Virus record (IMG/VR): IMGVR_UViG_3300012983_000036
Coordinates: 36,896-100,895 of that record
Strand: one strand, 5' to 3'
DNA: 64,000 nt
From: a virus
Taxonomy: Duplodnaviria; Caudoviricetes
This document shows, piece by piece, positions 27,956-37,162 of this stretch (the stretch's first letter is position 1; each line of letters opens with the position of its first letter). The notes beneath the pieces are model-generated. The model saw only the letters and a program-made list of their open reading frames with translations, did no database searches and had not been told where the DNA came from. Position numbers and translations under genes: made by a program.

Positions 27956-28105
27956 ATGGCAACATTACTTGGTGGTAGTCGTTGGGATGATGAAATTTCG
28001 CCTCTTGATGATGATTGGTATTTTTACAAAACTGAGCGAGAATGTGAAGAAGACCCATTAGATATGGATTATATCCCAGAAAAACGACGAATGGAGGATT
28101 TTTAA
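27956..28105 (+). CDS. small acidic protein (49 aa, not in ORF track)
   Basis: MATLLGGSRWDDE...; GAGG RBS; TAATG coupling. Confidence 0.6.
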   Translation: MATLLGGSRWDDEISPLDDDWYFYKTERECEEDPLDMDYIPEKRRMEDF

Positions 28106-28323
28106 TGATAACTGTTAAAACCGATAAAGATTGTGAATTTAAGTGGATTAAAGAAATTATTGAAACAGGTATTATTAATATGCCTGTAGATCGAAAAGAT
28201 TATTTTAAGCAATTAGGCATTGGGCCAAAACAGTCAGTTACTTTTGATAAACCTAAAGAACTTGTCAGCTATGCAGAGCTTAAAAATAAGTACTTTTCAA
28301 ATGACTCTGTGGAGGTGGATTAA
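28105..28323 (+). CDS. hypothetical protein
   Basis: GGAGG RBS. Confidence 0.65.
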   Translation: MITVKTDKDCEFKWIKEIIETGIINMPVDRKDYFKQLGIGPKQSVTFDKPKELVSYAELKNKYFSNDSVEVD

Positions 28324-28574
28324 TGCTTATAAAGTCTTTAGCTGCAGATGATAAGTTCTATAGGTATGCTGTAGTGGAGTTGAGCTATGATGAATTACGT
28401 TGTTTAGCTAATTCTTTGTATATTTTATCCACTGTTCAAGATACCGAAAAAGACTCTGACTTTAATGCCGTGCGTAAAAGTATTACAGAAGTTTTTGCAT
28501 TAGTTAAGCATGGACATATTCCAGATTTTGAATTAAAACAAATGCATGACCTTTTAGATAAAAGTAAAGTATAA
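28323..28574 (+). CDS. hypothetical protein
   Basis: GGAGG RBS, TAATG coupling. Confidence 0.7.
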   Translation: MLIKSLAADDKFYRYAVVELSYDELRCLANSLYILSTVQDTEKDSDFNAVRKSITEVFALVKHGHIPDFELKQMHDLLDKSKV

Positions 28575-28589
28575 GTGAGGTTAATTTAT

Positions 28590-29120
28590 ATGGAAAATAC
28601 TATTGTAATTAATTTAATAGGCGCTCCCGGCGCTGGCAAAAGTACAGGAGCTGCATACATATTTGCAAAACTTAAAGCAGCCGGTGTTAATGCTGAGCTT
28701 GTAACTGAGTTTGCAAAAGATAAGGTTTGGGAAGGTAATCCAGGGCCTTTTAAAGACCAACTTTATATGACAGCTAAACAAGCTTATAAACAGTCTAGAT
28801 GTAGAGGTAAAGTAAAAGTTATTATTACTGATTCACCACTTTTACTGGGTATCTATTATAATAATAATCCAGAGCTTACAGAAAATTTTAATAACATGGT
28901 TTTAGATGTATTTAATAGTTATTATAATATAACTTATTTTATTAATCGTGTTAAAAAGTATAATCCTGCTGGCCGTCATCAAAGTGAAGCAGAATCTGAC
29001 AAAGTAGCAAAAGATCTTAAAAAGCTTCTCAAAAAGTATGATATTGATTTTAAACAGATTAATGGTTGTATTGAGGATTATGATTTAGTTGTAGAAAATA
29101 TACTCAAAGTTTATATTTAA
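28590..29120 (+). CDS. P-loop NTPase, NadR/AAA_28-like kinase
   Basis: INLIGAPGAGKST, ELVTEFAKD, IITDSPLLL, GRHQSEAES. Confidence 0.85.
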   Translation: MENTIVINLIGAPGAGKSTGAAYIFAKLKAAGVNAELVTEFAKDKVWEGNPGPFKDQLYMTAKQAYKQSRCRGKVKVIITDSPLLLGIYYNNNPELTENFNNMVLDVFNSYYNITYFINRVKKYNPAGRHQSEAESDKVAKDLKKLLKKYDIDFKQINGCIEDYDLVVENILKVYI

Positions 29121-29135
29121 ATATAAAAGTTCATA

Positions 29136-29173
29136 AAACTCTCTAATAATTATTGTATATTATTAGAGAGTTT
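29136..29173 (+). promoter_or_regulatory. class A motif across the loop of a 15-bp inverted repeat
   Basis: AAACTCTCTAATAAT-TATTGTAT-ATTATTAGAGAGTTT. Confidence 0.6.
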
Positions 29174-29184
29174 ATTTTATTGAG

Positions 29185-30552
29185 GTGACTATTTTGGAAA
29201 AATATCAAGGTATAAAAATCAATGAAGAAATAATTTTAGTAGAAAAGCTACCTTCAGATAGTCCATATGGTAATGAAGATTCTATTTCACAGGCTTATGT
29301 AGTACAGACAGATAGTCCTAAAATGTTAGAGACTGCTAAGACTTGGGCAGCCATTTACAAATATGTAAAAGATGCAGACGGAAATTATATTAGAACTGAG
29401 ACCGGCGGCTATCAACACGAAAGAGTAGAGGGTATTGTTCATAGATATAAAAATGGTAGTTTTGATTTTTATATACATGATTCAGCAAATGGCTCGTCTC
29501 AAGGCGGTAAACTCAGTTTTTGGACTGCTAAGATAGTTGCACCTGATGGAAAAGAATTTTTAATAGGTATAAATTCAGACTTACTATTAGATATGTTTAA
29601 GTATAATACTTTTATAAATGGTAAATGTCAATCTAAAGTTTGGCTAGGAAGACAAGGTGGCCAACGAGTAGGTGCTTTTACTGAGAGTATGCCAGCATTT
29701 AGTCAAAGTCATAAAGATGCTGAATTTAGAAAATTAAGAACTACTGTTAAATACTCTATAGGTGATATAGTTAAAACAAAAACTAATACGTTTGTTTACC
29801 TTGGTGAACAAACAGAATATTTCTCAAAACAGAATTTATATGAGCCTTCAGAAAATTCTCGAATACCAGATCTTGATGTTGTTGGCTATACACTTATGGT
29901 AGATAATAAACCTTTTAAATACCATGCCTATCTTATATTAGATTCTATAAACATTGATGCTATTAAAAATGCAGAAGACCTTAAAAGAAGCTATAAAGAT
30001 AGTCTTTCAAATGCTTATTACTCTAGCATCATAAAAGAGCCTAAAAAGCTTAATCGAATACTTGCGGGTCATATAGACGACATTGATGAAAGCTTTTATT
30101 GGGAAATTAATAAAATTTATTATCATCATAAAGCAGAGGCTAAGTCGAATGCCTATAAAAATGCTAAAAAAGTTTATGAAAACAGCCTTAATAATAAAGC
30201 CTCTTTTGTTAAATCTGATTTTAATCGTATGATAACTAATATGGGATACTGGCTGGAATCAGAAATAGACTTTAAAATAGCTGGACTATACAAGGACTTC
30301 TTTATAAATTATAAAAATATTTCTACAAACGACGTATTAGAATTTCTTAATAAACATCTTGCGGAATTTGATTCAGCTGCTCCGGAATATGCTGACTCTA
30401 TTAAACTTAAAAAATTAAGTAGTGTTTCTTTAGAGGATGACTACAGAAAATATTTGCAAACTGTTTATGTTCAGGCTCATCTTTGGGGAAGACATAGCGG
30501 TATTGTTATACTCGGCTTGCAAAGTGGTAGAGAAGGAGCAAAATTACAGTAG
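29185..30552 (+). CDS. hypothetical protein (start uncertain)
   Basis: 455-aa ORF, no recognised motif. Confidence 0.8.
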   Translation: MTILEKYQGIKINEEIILVEKLPSDSPYGNEDSISQAYVVQTDSPKMLETAKTWAAIYKYVKDADGNYIRTETGGYQHERVEGIVHRYKNGSFDFYIHDSANGSSQGGKLSFWTAKIVAPDGKEFLIGINSDLLLDMFKYNTFINGKCQSKVWLGRQGGQRVGAFTESMPAFSQSHKDAEFRKLRTTVKYSIGDIVKTKTNTFVYLGEQTEYFSKQNLYEPSENSRIPDLDVVGYTLMVDNKPFKYHAYLILDSINIDAIKNAEDLKRSYKDSLSNAYYSSIIKEPKKLNRILAGHIDDIDESFYWEINKIYYHHKAEAKSNAYKNAKKVYENSLNNKASFVKSDFNRMITNMGYWLESEIDFKIAGLYKDFFINYKNISTNDVLEFLNKHLAEFDSAAPEYADSIKLKKLSSVSLEDDYRKYLQTVYVQAHLWGRHSGIVILGLQSGREGAKLQ

Positions 30553-30553
30553 T

Positions 30554-31156
30554 ATGGGTAGATTATTCTTTTATTTTGGAACTATGGGTGGCTCTAAGAC
30601 TGCTAATGCTTTAATGATGAATTTTAAATATCAAGAAAAAGGAAAATTATCTTGGTTAATAAAACCTGCTACAGATACCCGAGACGATACCCAAGATGAA
30701 TTTGGTAACAAAGTTATAACCATTAAGTCACGAATTGGCTTAAAGGCCGAAGCGGTTGCAATAGCTGAGTCTGATAATATTTATGATTTATATTTTAAAT
30801 TTAAAAATAAACGACCAGATGTGATAATTTGTGATGAAGCACAGTTTTTGACGGCCGAGCAGGTAGAGCAGTTTAAAGAAATTTTAAGTGTTGTCGATAT
30901 AAATATTTTATGTTATGGTCTTAGAACTGATTTTTTAACTCAGTTATTTCCAGGTTCTAAACGTTTATTTGAGCTAGCTGATAGTATAATAGAACTTGAA
31001 AATATATGTGACTGTGGACGTCCTGCAATAGTAAATGCACGAATAAATGAAAAAGGACAGGTAATGCTAGAAGGCGACCAAGTAGAGATTGGTGGAGATT
31101 CGCGTTACAAGGCTCTTTGTTGGAAGTGCTATAAAGAAAAACAATTAAATAATTAA
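30554..31156 (+). CDS. tdk: thymidine kinase
   Basis: FYFGTMGGSKT, IKPATDTR, IKSRIG, CDEAQFL, YGLRTDF, FPGS, ICDCG..CWKC; start after GAAGGAG. Confidence 0.93.
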   Translation: MGRLFFYFGTMGGSKTANALMMNFKYQEKGKLSWLIKPATDTRDDTQDEFGNKVITIKSRIGLKAEAVAIAESDNIYDLYFKFKNKRPDVIICDEAQFLTAEQVEQFKEILSVVDINILCYGLRTDFLTQLFPGSKRLFELADSIIELENICDCGRPAIVNARINEKGQVMLEGDQVEIGGDSRYKALCWKCYKEKQLNN

Positions 31157-31161
31157 CTGTA

Positions 31162-31197
31162 AAAAGCAAATCTAGTTTTAGATTTGCTTTTCTTTTT
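31162..31197 (+). terminator. intrinsic terminator ending the accessory region
   Basis: AAAAGCAAATCTA/TAGATTTGCTTTT plus T tract. Confidence 0.8.
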
Positions 31198-31207
31198 ATA
31201 TTAGAAT

Positions 31208-31222
31208 TGCTAAATTAGTTGA
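31208..31222 (+). promoter_or_regulatory. class B (putative late) promoter motif
   Basis: TGCTAAATTAGTTGA at head of structural operon. Confidence 0.6.
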
Positions 31223-31257
31223 TGAATTAAATTACTGACTTGTATAGGAGGTTTAAT

Positions 31258-31716
31258 ATGTTTAGTTACTGTACTGATTATTCAGCTACAATGCCTGATA
31301 TTACAGTATCTATGAATTGCGATACTTATTTTGCAATAAATGCTAGTGTATTCAATTTGACAGACAAAGATGAATTTATCTTTGCTATAAAAAATTATGA
31401 CCATATAGATTCACCTTATGCCTTTTTACTAAGGGCTTGTAAATCAGATATAGATGAAAATGGTGAAATCACTTTTAAGATTCCCTCCGAAGAAACTAAA
31501 AAAATAAAACCAGATGCTTTTTATTATTTTGCAGTACTCTTAAATGCTTATACAAGAGACTCTGAGACTAATTATAAAAAGCTAACTGATAACGGCAGAG
31601 TTTTTGTTGACTATGGAGCACAAGATTTATTAGTGCCTATTGAAGAACGGGACCAAATCCTTAGTGAAATTCTTCGAGTACGTACAGAAGCTGTTGTAGA
31701 AGAAGAGGAGATTTAA
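31258..31716 (+). CDS. BppU-like baseplate/tail accessory protein
   Basis: FNLTDKDEFIFAIK...IPSEETKKIKPDAFYYF resembles 50379 ORF; AGGAGG RBS. Confidence 0.5.
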   Translation: MFSYCTDYSATMPDITVSMNCDTYFAINASVFNLTDKDEFIFAIKNYDHIDSPYAFLLRACKSDIDENGEITFKIPSEETKKIKPDAFYYFAVLLNAYTRDSETNYKKLTDNGRVFVDYGAQDLLVPIEERDQILSEILRVRTEAVVEEEEI

Positions 31717-31718
31717 AT

Positions 31719-31901
31719 ATGCCTTTTGATGTTCAGAATAAAACAAAACAAAAACCAATTTGCTTGATTCGTTCTTTAACTGCCCAAGAAATTTTAGACT
31801 ACCAGAAAAAAGTTAAAAAACCTGGCAGCACCCTTCGAGAAAATGAATCCGGTTTAGAAATTGTTGGTGTTAGACTTGAGGAGGATAGTTTAAATGGATG
31901 A
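31719..31901 (+). CDS. hypothetical protein
   Basis: GAGGAG RBS. Confidence 0.65.
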   Translation: MPFDVQNKTKQKPICLIRSLTAQEILDYQKKVKKPGSTLRENESGLEIVGVRLEEDSLNG

Positions 31902-32385
31902 TAGATTAGACTTACTTTTAAAGGCTATAGCAAAAAATGAGCTTATTGAAAACTGGGATAGCTTAAACAGACTAGAAAAATATTTAGTTTGTATTATGAC
32001 TAGCGATAGTAATAAGCTTAAAGAGCTAGGAACACCTTTAAATAGACTAGAAGAACTACTTGTGCTTTGCTTTAATGAAGAAACAGCAGAAGACGAAATG
32101 ATTCGTGAACTTGAAGCTATTGCTGCTGACTATACTAAGACCTTAGAAATCTCCGGTGGTAATGCTGAAGACAAATTATCTGAAAACATCGCATCTTATA
32201 ATAAAGGAGGTATTGCAACGTTAGAAGAAAAAGGTGTAAGTCTTTCAGAGAATGCTACTACCCAAGAAATTATGCAAAGTATCGCAGATATTGAAGTAAG
32301 TATAGTGACTGATGATGGTGCAGGTAATGCATCAATAGTAAGTTCTAAAGTAATTGATAATAATGGAGACATTACAATAAATTAA
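31894..32385 (+). CDS. hypothetical structural protein
   Basis: Repeated LNRLEKYL/LNRLEELL. Confidence 0.7.
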   Translation: MDDRLDLLLKAIAKNELIENWDSLNRLEKYLVCIMTSDSNKLKELGTPLNRLEELLVLCFNEETAEDEMIRELEAIAADYTKTLEISGGNAEDKLSENIASYNKGGIATLEEKGVSLSENATTQEIMQSIADIEVSIVTDDGAGNASIVSSKVIDNNGDITIN

Positions 32386-32398
32386 GAAGAGGTAGACT

Positions 32399-32611
32399 AT
32401 GAGTGAAATAAAATCGTTAACAATAAATGAAACTAAGTATGACAGCTTTCCCGACTTAGTGGCTCGTGAGACTATAAATGCTTATATAAGTAATATAGTA
32501 GATGATGAGACTCTTATGTATACTATGTCCGAAATGGGTTTAATAACACCAGTATTACTAAATGATACTACTATACTGGTAACAGAAAATAATGAAATTA
32601 TTTGTATATAA
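32399..32611 (+). CDS. hypothetical structural protein
   Basis: GAGG RBS. Confidence 0.65.
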   Translation: MSEIKSLTINETKYDSFPDLVARETINAYISNIVDDETLMYTMSEMGLITPVLLNDTTILVTENNEIICI

Positions 32612-32630
32612 AATAAAGGAGATATGATAT

Positions 32631-33164
32631 ATGGCATACGAATATAAAAAATTAAGTGAAGTTGAAGCAATTGATGTAGCAGATAGTTCTGTGAATTTAA
32701 TTGTTGAAACTGAAGATGAAATTAAGAAATTGAATATAGGTGACTTACCTATTGGTGGACAAGAACAGGCAGACTGGGATGAAGAAGATGCAACTAAACC
32801 TTCATTTATTAAGAATAAGCCAGACTTGAGTCAAGTTGGAGGTTCTGGTGGAGAGGTAGTTTTTATTACTGTCGACTGGAACGGAAGTATCACCAGTTAT
32901 GAATATGAAGATGGCACTCCAATAACTCCATCTTCTTTGAAGGAAAAATTTGAAACAGGTGCAAAAGTGTATGTGTCTATATATGAAAGTGGAGTATATA
33001 TGGACGATGTTGGTTATGGTTATGGTGTTGCATATTTAAACAGCTTTGTTCACAACTATCAATATATTCCTGCACATACTCAAAGTGGTAGTCAAGTATC
33101 TGAACGTATAATTCTTGGTTATTATAATCGCTCTACTTATAGAAGTTTAACTATATCTGGTTAA
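32631..33164 (+). CDS. tail fibre-associated protein
   Basis: QADWDEEDATKPSFIKNKP fibre motif. Confidence 0.6.
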   Translation: MAYEYKKLSEVEAIDVADSSVNLIVETEDEIKKLNIGDLPIGGQEQADWDEEDATKPSFIKNKPDLSQVGGSGGEVVFITVDWNGSITSYEYEDGTPITPSSLKEKFETGAKVYVSIYESGVYMDDVGYGYGVAYLNSFVHNYQYIPAHTQSGSQVSERIILGYYNRSTYRSLTISG

Positions 33165-33177
33165 GGAAGGTGATTAA

Positions 33178-34452
33178 ATGTTTATAACAGTCGATATTCT
33201 TAAAAATATATTAAGTATATTTAAAAAAGATATTAAAGAAGAGATTGTTCAAGAAACCGAATCATTAATAATTGAACCTTCCTATGCTGACATTCCTACA
33301 GTTAATATAGTTGGAAAACTTCCAATGCAAAAGAACAATGTTCCTTGTGTTATTGAGTATTCGTCTTTAACTCACTCTTTCAAAGCAAATGCTAAAGTTA
33401 AAATACAAGGACAGTCAAGTACAATATTTCCTAAAAAGAATTTTGCTATTGAACTATATAATGATGAGTATTTTAATATTCCAATAAATAAGTCATTCAA
33501 GAATTGGGGTTCTCATAATAAATATGTATTAAAAGCAAACTACACAGATCATCTCCACGCAAGAAATATTGCTTGTGCAAATATGTGGGCGAATATTGTG
33601 CGTGACAGAGAAGACTTTGATACTTTACCTGAAGAATTAAAAGCTTCTCCAAATATGGGAGCTGTTGATGGTTTTCCTGTTAAACTTTATTCTAATGGTG
33701 AATACAAAGGAATCTATACTTGGAACATTCCTAAAAAGACCTGGATGTTTAATATGGATAAGAAAAACTCAAAACACGCAGTATTACAAGGAAATGCTAA
33801 TGACTTTGGGAAGGAAGAGTGTAAAATTAATCCTTGTAATTTTAATTTTCCTTGGAATGGTTATTCTTCTTGGACGGTAGAAGAGGGAGAAGAAAACGAA
33901 ATATTAACAAGTTCTTTTAATAGAGTTATTAATGCAGTTATTGATAAGGACACCGTTTCATTAGAACAATACTTAGACATTCAAAGTGCGATTGATTACT
34001 TTATTTTACAAGAAGTTATTATTGGAGTAGATGGGTTATCAAATAATATGTTGTGCTTAACATATGATATGCAAAAATGGTATTTAAGTGCATATGATAT
34101 GGACTCAACATTTGGTCTGAAAGCAACTGGTAAACTGGACGGTACGCCTACTGATGAGATGCCTACAACATATTCAAACCAATATAGTGAATTACTTAAT
34201 TTAATTAAAACTTACTATACAGAAGACTATAAAACTCGTTATGTAAAATTGAGGGAAAGTGCTTTAAGTTATTCTTCTATAATTGCAGAATTTGAAAAGA
34301 TTTTGAATGTTGCTAATGAAGACGAACGTATTAAAGATATACTTTCGTATCCTTATATTCCTAACATTACAACAAACACTTTTGACAATTTAAAAGTATT
34401 CATTAAAAAAAGACTTGACTATCTTGACAAGAAATACGAGGTGGTGATTTAA
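33178..34452 (+). CDS. CotH-family kinase
   Basis: KIQGQSS.FPKKNF, YVLKANYTD..HARN, GIYTWN, AIDYFI..D..NN, AYDMDSTFG, RLDYLD. Confidence 0.85.
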   Translation: MFITVDILKNILSIFKKDIKEEIVQETESLIIEPSYADIPTVNIVGKLPMQKNNVPCVIEYSSLTHSFKANAKVKIQGQSSTIFPKKNFAIELYNDEYFNIPINKSFKNWGSHNKYVLKANYTDHLHARNIACANMWANIVRDREDFDTLPEELKASPNMGAVDGFPVKLYSNGEYKGIYTWNIPKKTWMFNMDKKNSKHAVLQGNANDFGKEECKINPCNFNFPWNGYSSWTVEEGEENEILTSSFNRVINAVIDKDTVSLEQYLDIQSAIDYFILQEVIIGVDGLSNNMLCLTYDMQKWYLSAYDMDSTFGLKATGKLDGTPTDEMPTTYSNQYSELLNLIKTYYTEDYKTRYVKLRESALSYSSIIAEFEKILNVANEDERIKDILSYPYIPNITTNTFDNLKVFIKKRLDYLDKKYEVVI

Positions 34453-35678
34453 TGGCAAAATACATTAAAACTGAAGAGGGTTATAAATTATTTAAAGAAA
34501 TAGAAGATAATCAGTTACTCAGTGCTGATAATTTTATTGAAATTAATAACAACGTGGTATGTAGTACCTTTGGTAAGTCAGCTAGTGTGGAAATTAATGA
34601 TAGTATAGAATTTTATAGTAGTGGAACAATTCCAACTCTAAGTAGTTCAGGATCATTGTGGTCATATAACAGTTCTGATGGTCCTACACCATTCTTATTA
34701 CCGTTAGCGTACGGCTCAAGCTCAATTGTAGTTGAGATTATAACACCTACTAATGATATATTAATATTTGAAGGAATTTCTATAAATACGTCACCTAGTT
34801 CAGGTATTTATAACTGTTATATATCTGAATTGAATTTAATTTCTCCTACCACTTCAACTGTTAAATTTCAATATTCTTTCTACTCGGCAATTGGCACCTC
34901 TTATAGAATTGCCAGCTCGGAAGATTTAAGTGGTTCGAAAGTAAATATTTATAAAATTAACAAAGAAACAGTACAGAATTTCGTTAAATTACCAAAGAAC
35001 GCTTTATATTATGATACAGTACCAACGGCAGGAAGTACTAATCTTTTAACTTCAGGTAGTATATATACCGCTCTTGAAGATGTTAAAAGTAATATCGAAG
35101 ATGTTCAAAATAATATTAAAAGTGATATCGAAAATGGTATTACAACGGAGTATATACGTTCTTCGTGCACATTTGGTGATACAACTGTTATGGCTGAAGG
35201 ATCCATTACTGTCAAAAGTCCTAGTGAAGCAGACACTAGTTATACAGGTGTTGATTGGACTGATTTAGAAATAGGTGCTACTTATATTATAAAGATAGGT
35301 GCTACTGAATACACAGGAGTTTGTAAAGCATACGATAATATATATGTTGGTAATATGGGTTTATCGGAGTACAGTTCTTTTTATGAAGATACTGGCGAAC
35401 CTTTTGTCCTATATGTGTATAGTATAGGACCTTATACCTATACTAAGCTTGTGGTATCCACTCAAATTGGTGAAGGTACTTACCCTTATTCTATTATTAA
35501 AGATGAAAGAGAAACTGTTTATAAAAGTATGAGTCCATTTGACTTAATCAAACAGATTGAAGATTTAAATAATACAGTAGAAGCTTTAACTGCTAAAATC
35601 GAAGCTTTAAAAGAAAATCAAATTACAGCAGTTACTAATAATGAAGTACCATCCAATTCGCCTGAAGGCGCAGAATAA
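34452..35678 (+). CDS. putative tail fibre/spike protein
   Basis: S/T-rich beta regions, DTVPTAGSTNLLTSGSIY, C-terminal coiled coil. Confidence 0.55.
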   Translation: MAKYIKTEEGYKLFKEIEDNQLLSADNFIEINNNVVCSTFGKSASVEINDSIEFYSSGTIPTLSSSGSLWSYNSSDGPTPFLLPLAYGSSSIVVEIITPTNDILIFEGISINTSPSSGIYNCYISELNLISPTTSTVKFQYSFYSAIGTSYRIASSEDLSGSKVNIYKINKETVQNFVKLPKNALYYDTVPTAGSTNLLTSGSIYTALEDVKSNIEDVQNNIKSDIENGITTEYIRSSCTFGDTTVMAEGSITVKSPSEADTSYTGVDWTDLEIGATYIIKIGATEYTGVCKAYDNIYVGNMGLSEYSSFYEDTGEPFVLYVYSIGPYTYTKLVVSTQIGEGTYPYSIIKDERETVYKSMSPFDLIKQIEDLNNTVEALTAKIEALKENQITAVTNNEVPSNSPEGAE

Positions 35679-35698
35679 GTACATAAGGAGGGAATAAA

Positions 35699-36808
35699 AT
35701 GAGTATTTATGGTTTTACTGTAAATGGAAAATTTGAAAAAGTTGACTATGATAGTTTAGAAAACAAACCTGATATTCCTACCAAAATCAGTCAACTTGAA
35801 AATGACAACGAGTATGTCACCGAAAGTGAGTTGAACAATAAAGGTTATCTTACAGAACACCAAGATATATCAGGTAAAGCTGATGTAGACCACACTCACC
35901 CTGAATACCTTACTGAACATCAAAGCTTAGAAGGCTTAGCCACTGAAGATTATGTAGATACGAAAGTAACTTTATTTCATGCAACTCTAGACCCAGCTAC
36001 AACACAGTATATAAAGGATTCTGGCGACTTTACTTATGCTGATATAGTGGCTATAGAAAATTGTAAGATAGAAGCCACCTTCGGAAATATTAAGATTATC
36101 TTAAATAAAGAAATACATAGAAATATCGAACCAGATCCAGTTGCCGGTCGATATGTAGAATTTTCAGCACTTCTTAGAAATGGTCTTTCAACTCTTAAAT
36201 TATTCTTATTCGTGTATGACCCTGACAGCCTTCCTACAGACCCAGCTAGTGTAGCTGTGCTTGAGAGCTGGGGAGATTCTCAATACTGTGGAATAGCTGT
36301 TCAATATATGATTACAGGAGATTTTTTAGATAAAGATATTAAAGCTGGTCGAAATAATCTTCTTAATGCGCCTTGCACTAAAGCTACTTATGAGGCAGTA
36401 AAGTCTGTATATGACTTAGTAATGCCTGTAGTTATATATGATGACCCTACTGGTTTTGAAGCGACAAATAGTGACGTGGGAGATTGGCAATTAAATAATT
36501 TAGATTTAACACCATATAAGAGACTTAAATTTTATGTTAAAGCTGCCGGCGATGGAAATGATAATATAACACCAATGCATATTGTAGAAATGCATTTAGA
36601 TGATAGATGTAAAAATTCTATTGGTTTTACCGCAGGTCATATGTCGGTTAACCCAAATAATCGAAATAGAATACATTGTGTTACATTTGCAGTTAATGAA
36701 GCCAAAACAGCAGTACAGTTTGTAGCTGCTAACAGTTTATACGGTACGGCTTCTACTAGTAGTTCTGGTGGAAGATATTGTTATTTAATTGAAGGATATT
36801 ATATATAA
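35699..36808 (+). CDS. putative tail fibre protein
   Basis: YDSLENKPDIPTKISQLEND, YLTEHQ repeats. Confidence 0.65.
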   Translation: MSIYGFTVNGKFEKVDYDSLENKPDIPTKISQLENDNEYVTESELNNKGYLTEHQDISGKADVDHTHPEYLTEHQSLEGLATEDYVDTKVTLFHATLDPATTQYIKDSGDFTYADIVAIENCKIEATFGNIKIILNKEIHRNIEPDPVAGRYVEFSALLRNGLSTLKLFLFVYDPDSLPTDPASVAVLESWGDSQYCGIAVQYMITGDFLDKDIKAGRNNLLNAPCTKATYEAVKSVYDLVMPVVIYDDPTGFEATNSDVGDWQLNNLDLTPYKRLKFYVKAAGDGNDNITPMHIVEMHLDDRCKNSIGFTAGHMSVNPNNRNRIHCVTFAVNEAKTAVQFVAANSLYGTASTSSSGGRYCYLIEGYYI

Positions 36809-36832
36809 AGACTATAGGAGGTATATTTAATA

Positions 36833-37162
36833 ATGGCCAAATATAATTTAATATTTACAGTAAGAGATAAATATGGTAAAGAAAAAGATTTAGAAGGCGT
36901 TGAGGTCGATATCGACCTTGCTTCTCTAAAACCTGCTGATGTAGACATAATTACAGAGAAATTAGATTTAGAATCTTATGCTACCGATAAGGAACTTGCT
37001 GGAGCTATTAAAGAAATTAAGGAAGATATTCCTACAATAATTGAAGAAAACACTGAAGCACATCAGGTACTTACCAATGTAGTTGAGAAACATATTGATA
37101 CTCTTAAATATCGCTCTTTTGATGCACCAATAGACGAGGAGGTTTTAAAAAATGATAAATAA
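36833..37162 (+). CDS. hypothetical structural protein
   Basis: AGGAGG RBS. Confidence 0.7.
   Translation: MAKYNLIFTVRDKYGKEKDLEGVEVDIDLASLKPADVDIITEKLDLESYATDKELAGAIKEIKEDIPTIIEENTEAHQVLTNVVEKHIDTLKYRSFDAPIDEEVLKNDK

Noticed and set aside
30437-30553. N-terminal extension of thymidine kinase overlapping the upstream gene
   Set aside because: Family homology starts at ATG 30554, which has its own GAAGGAG RBS
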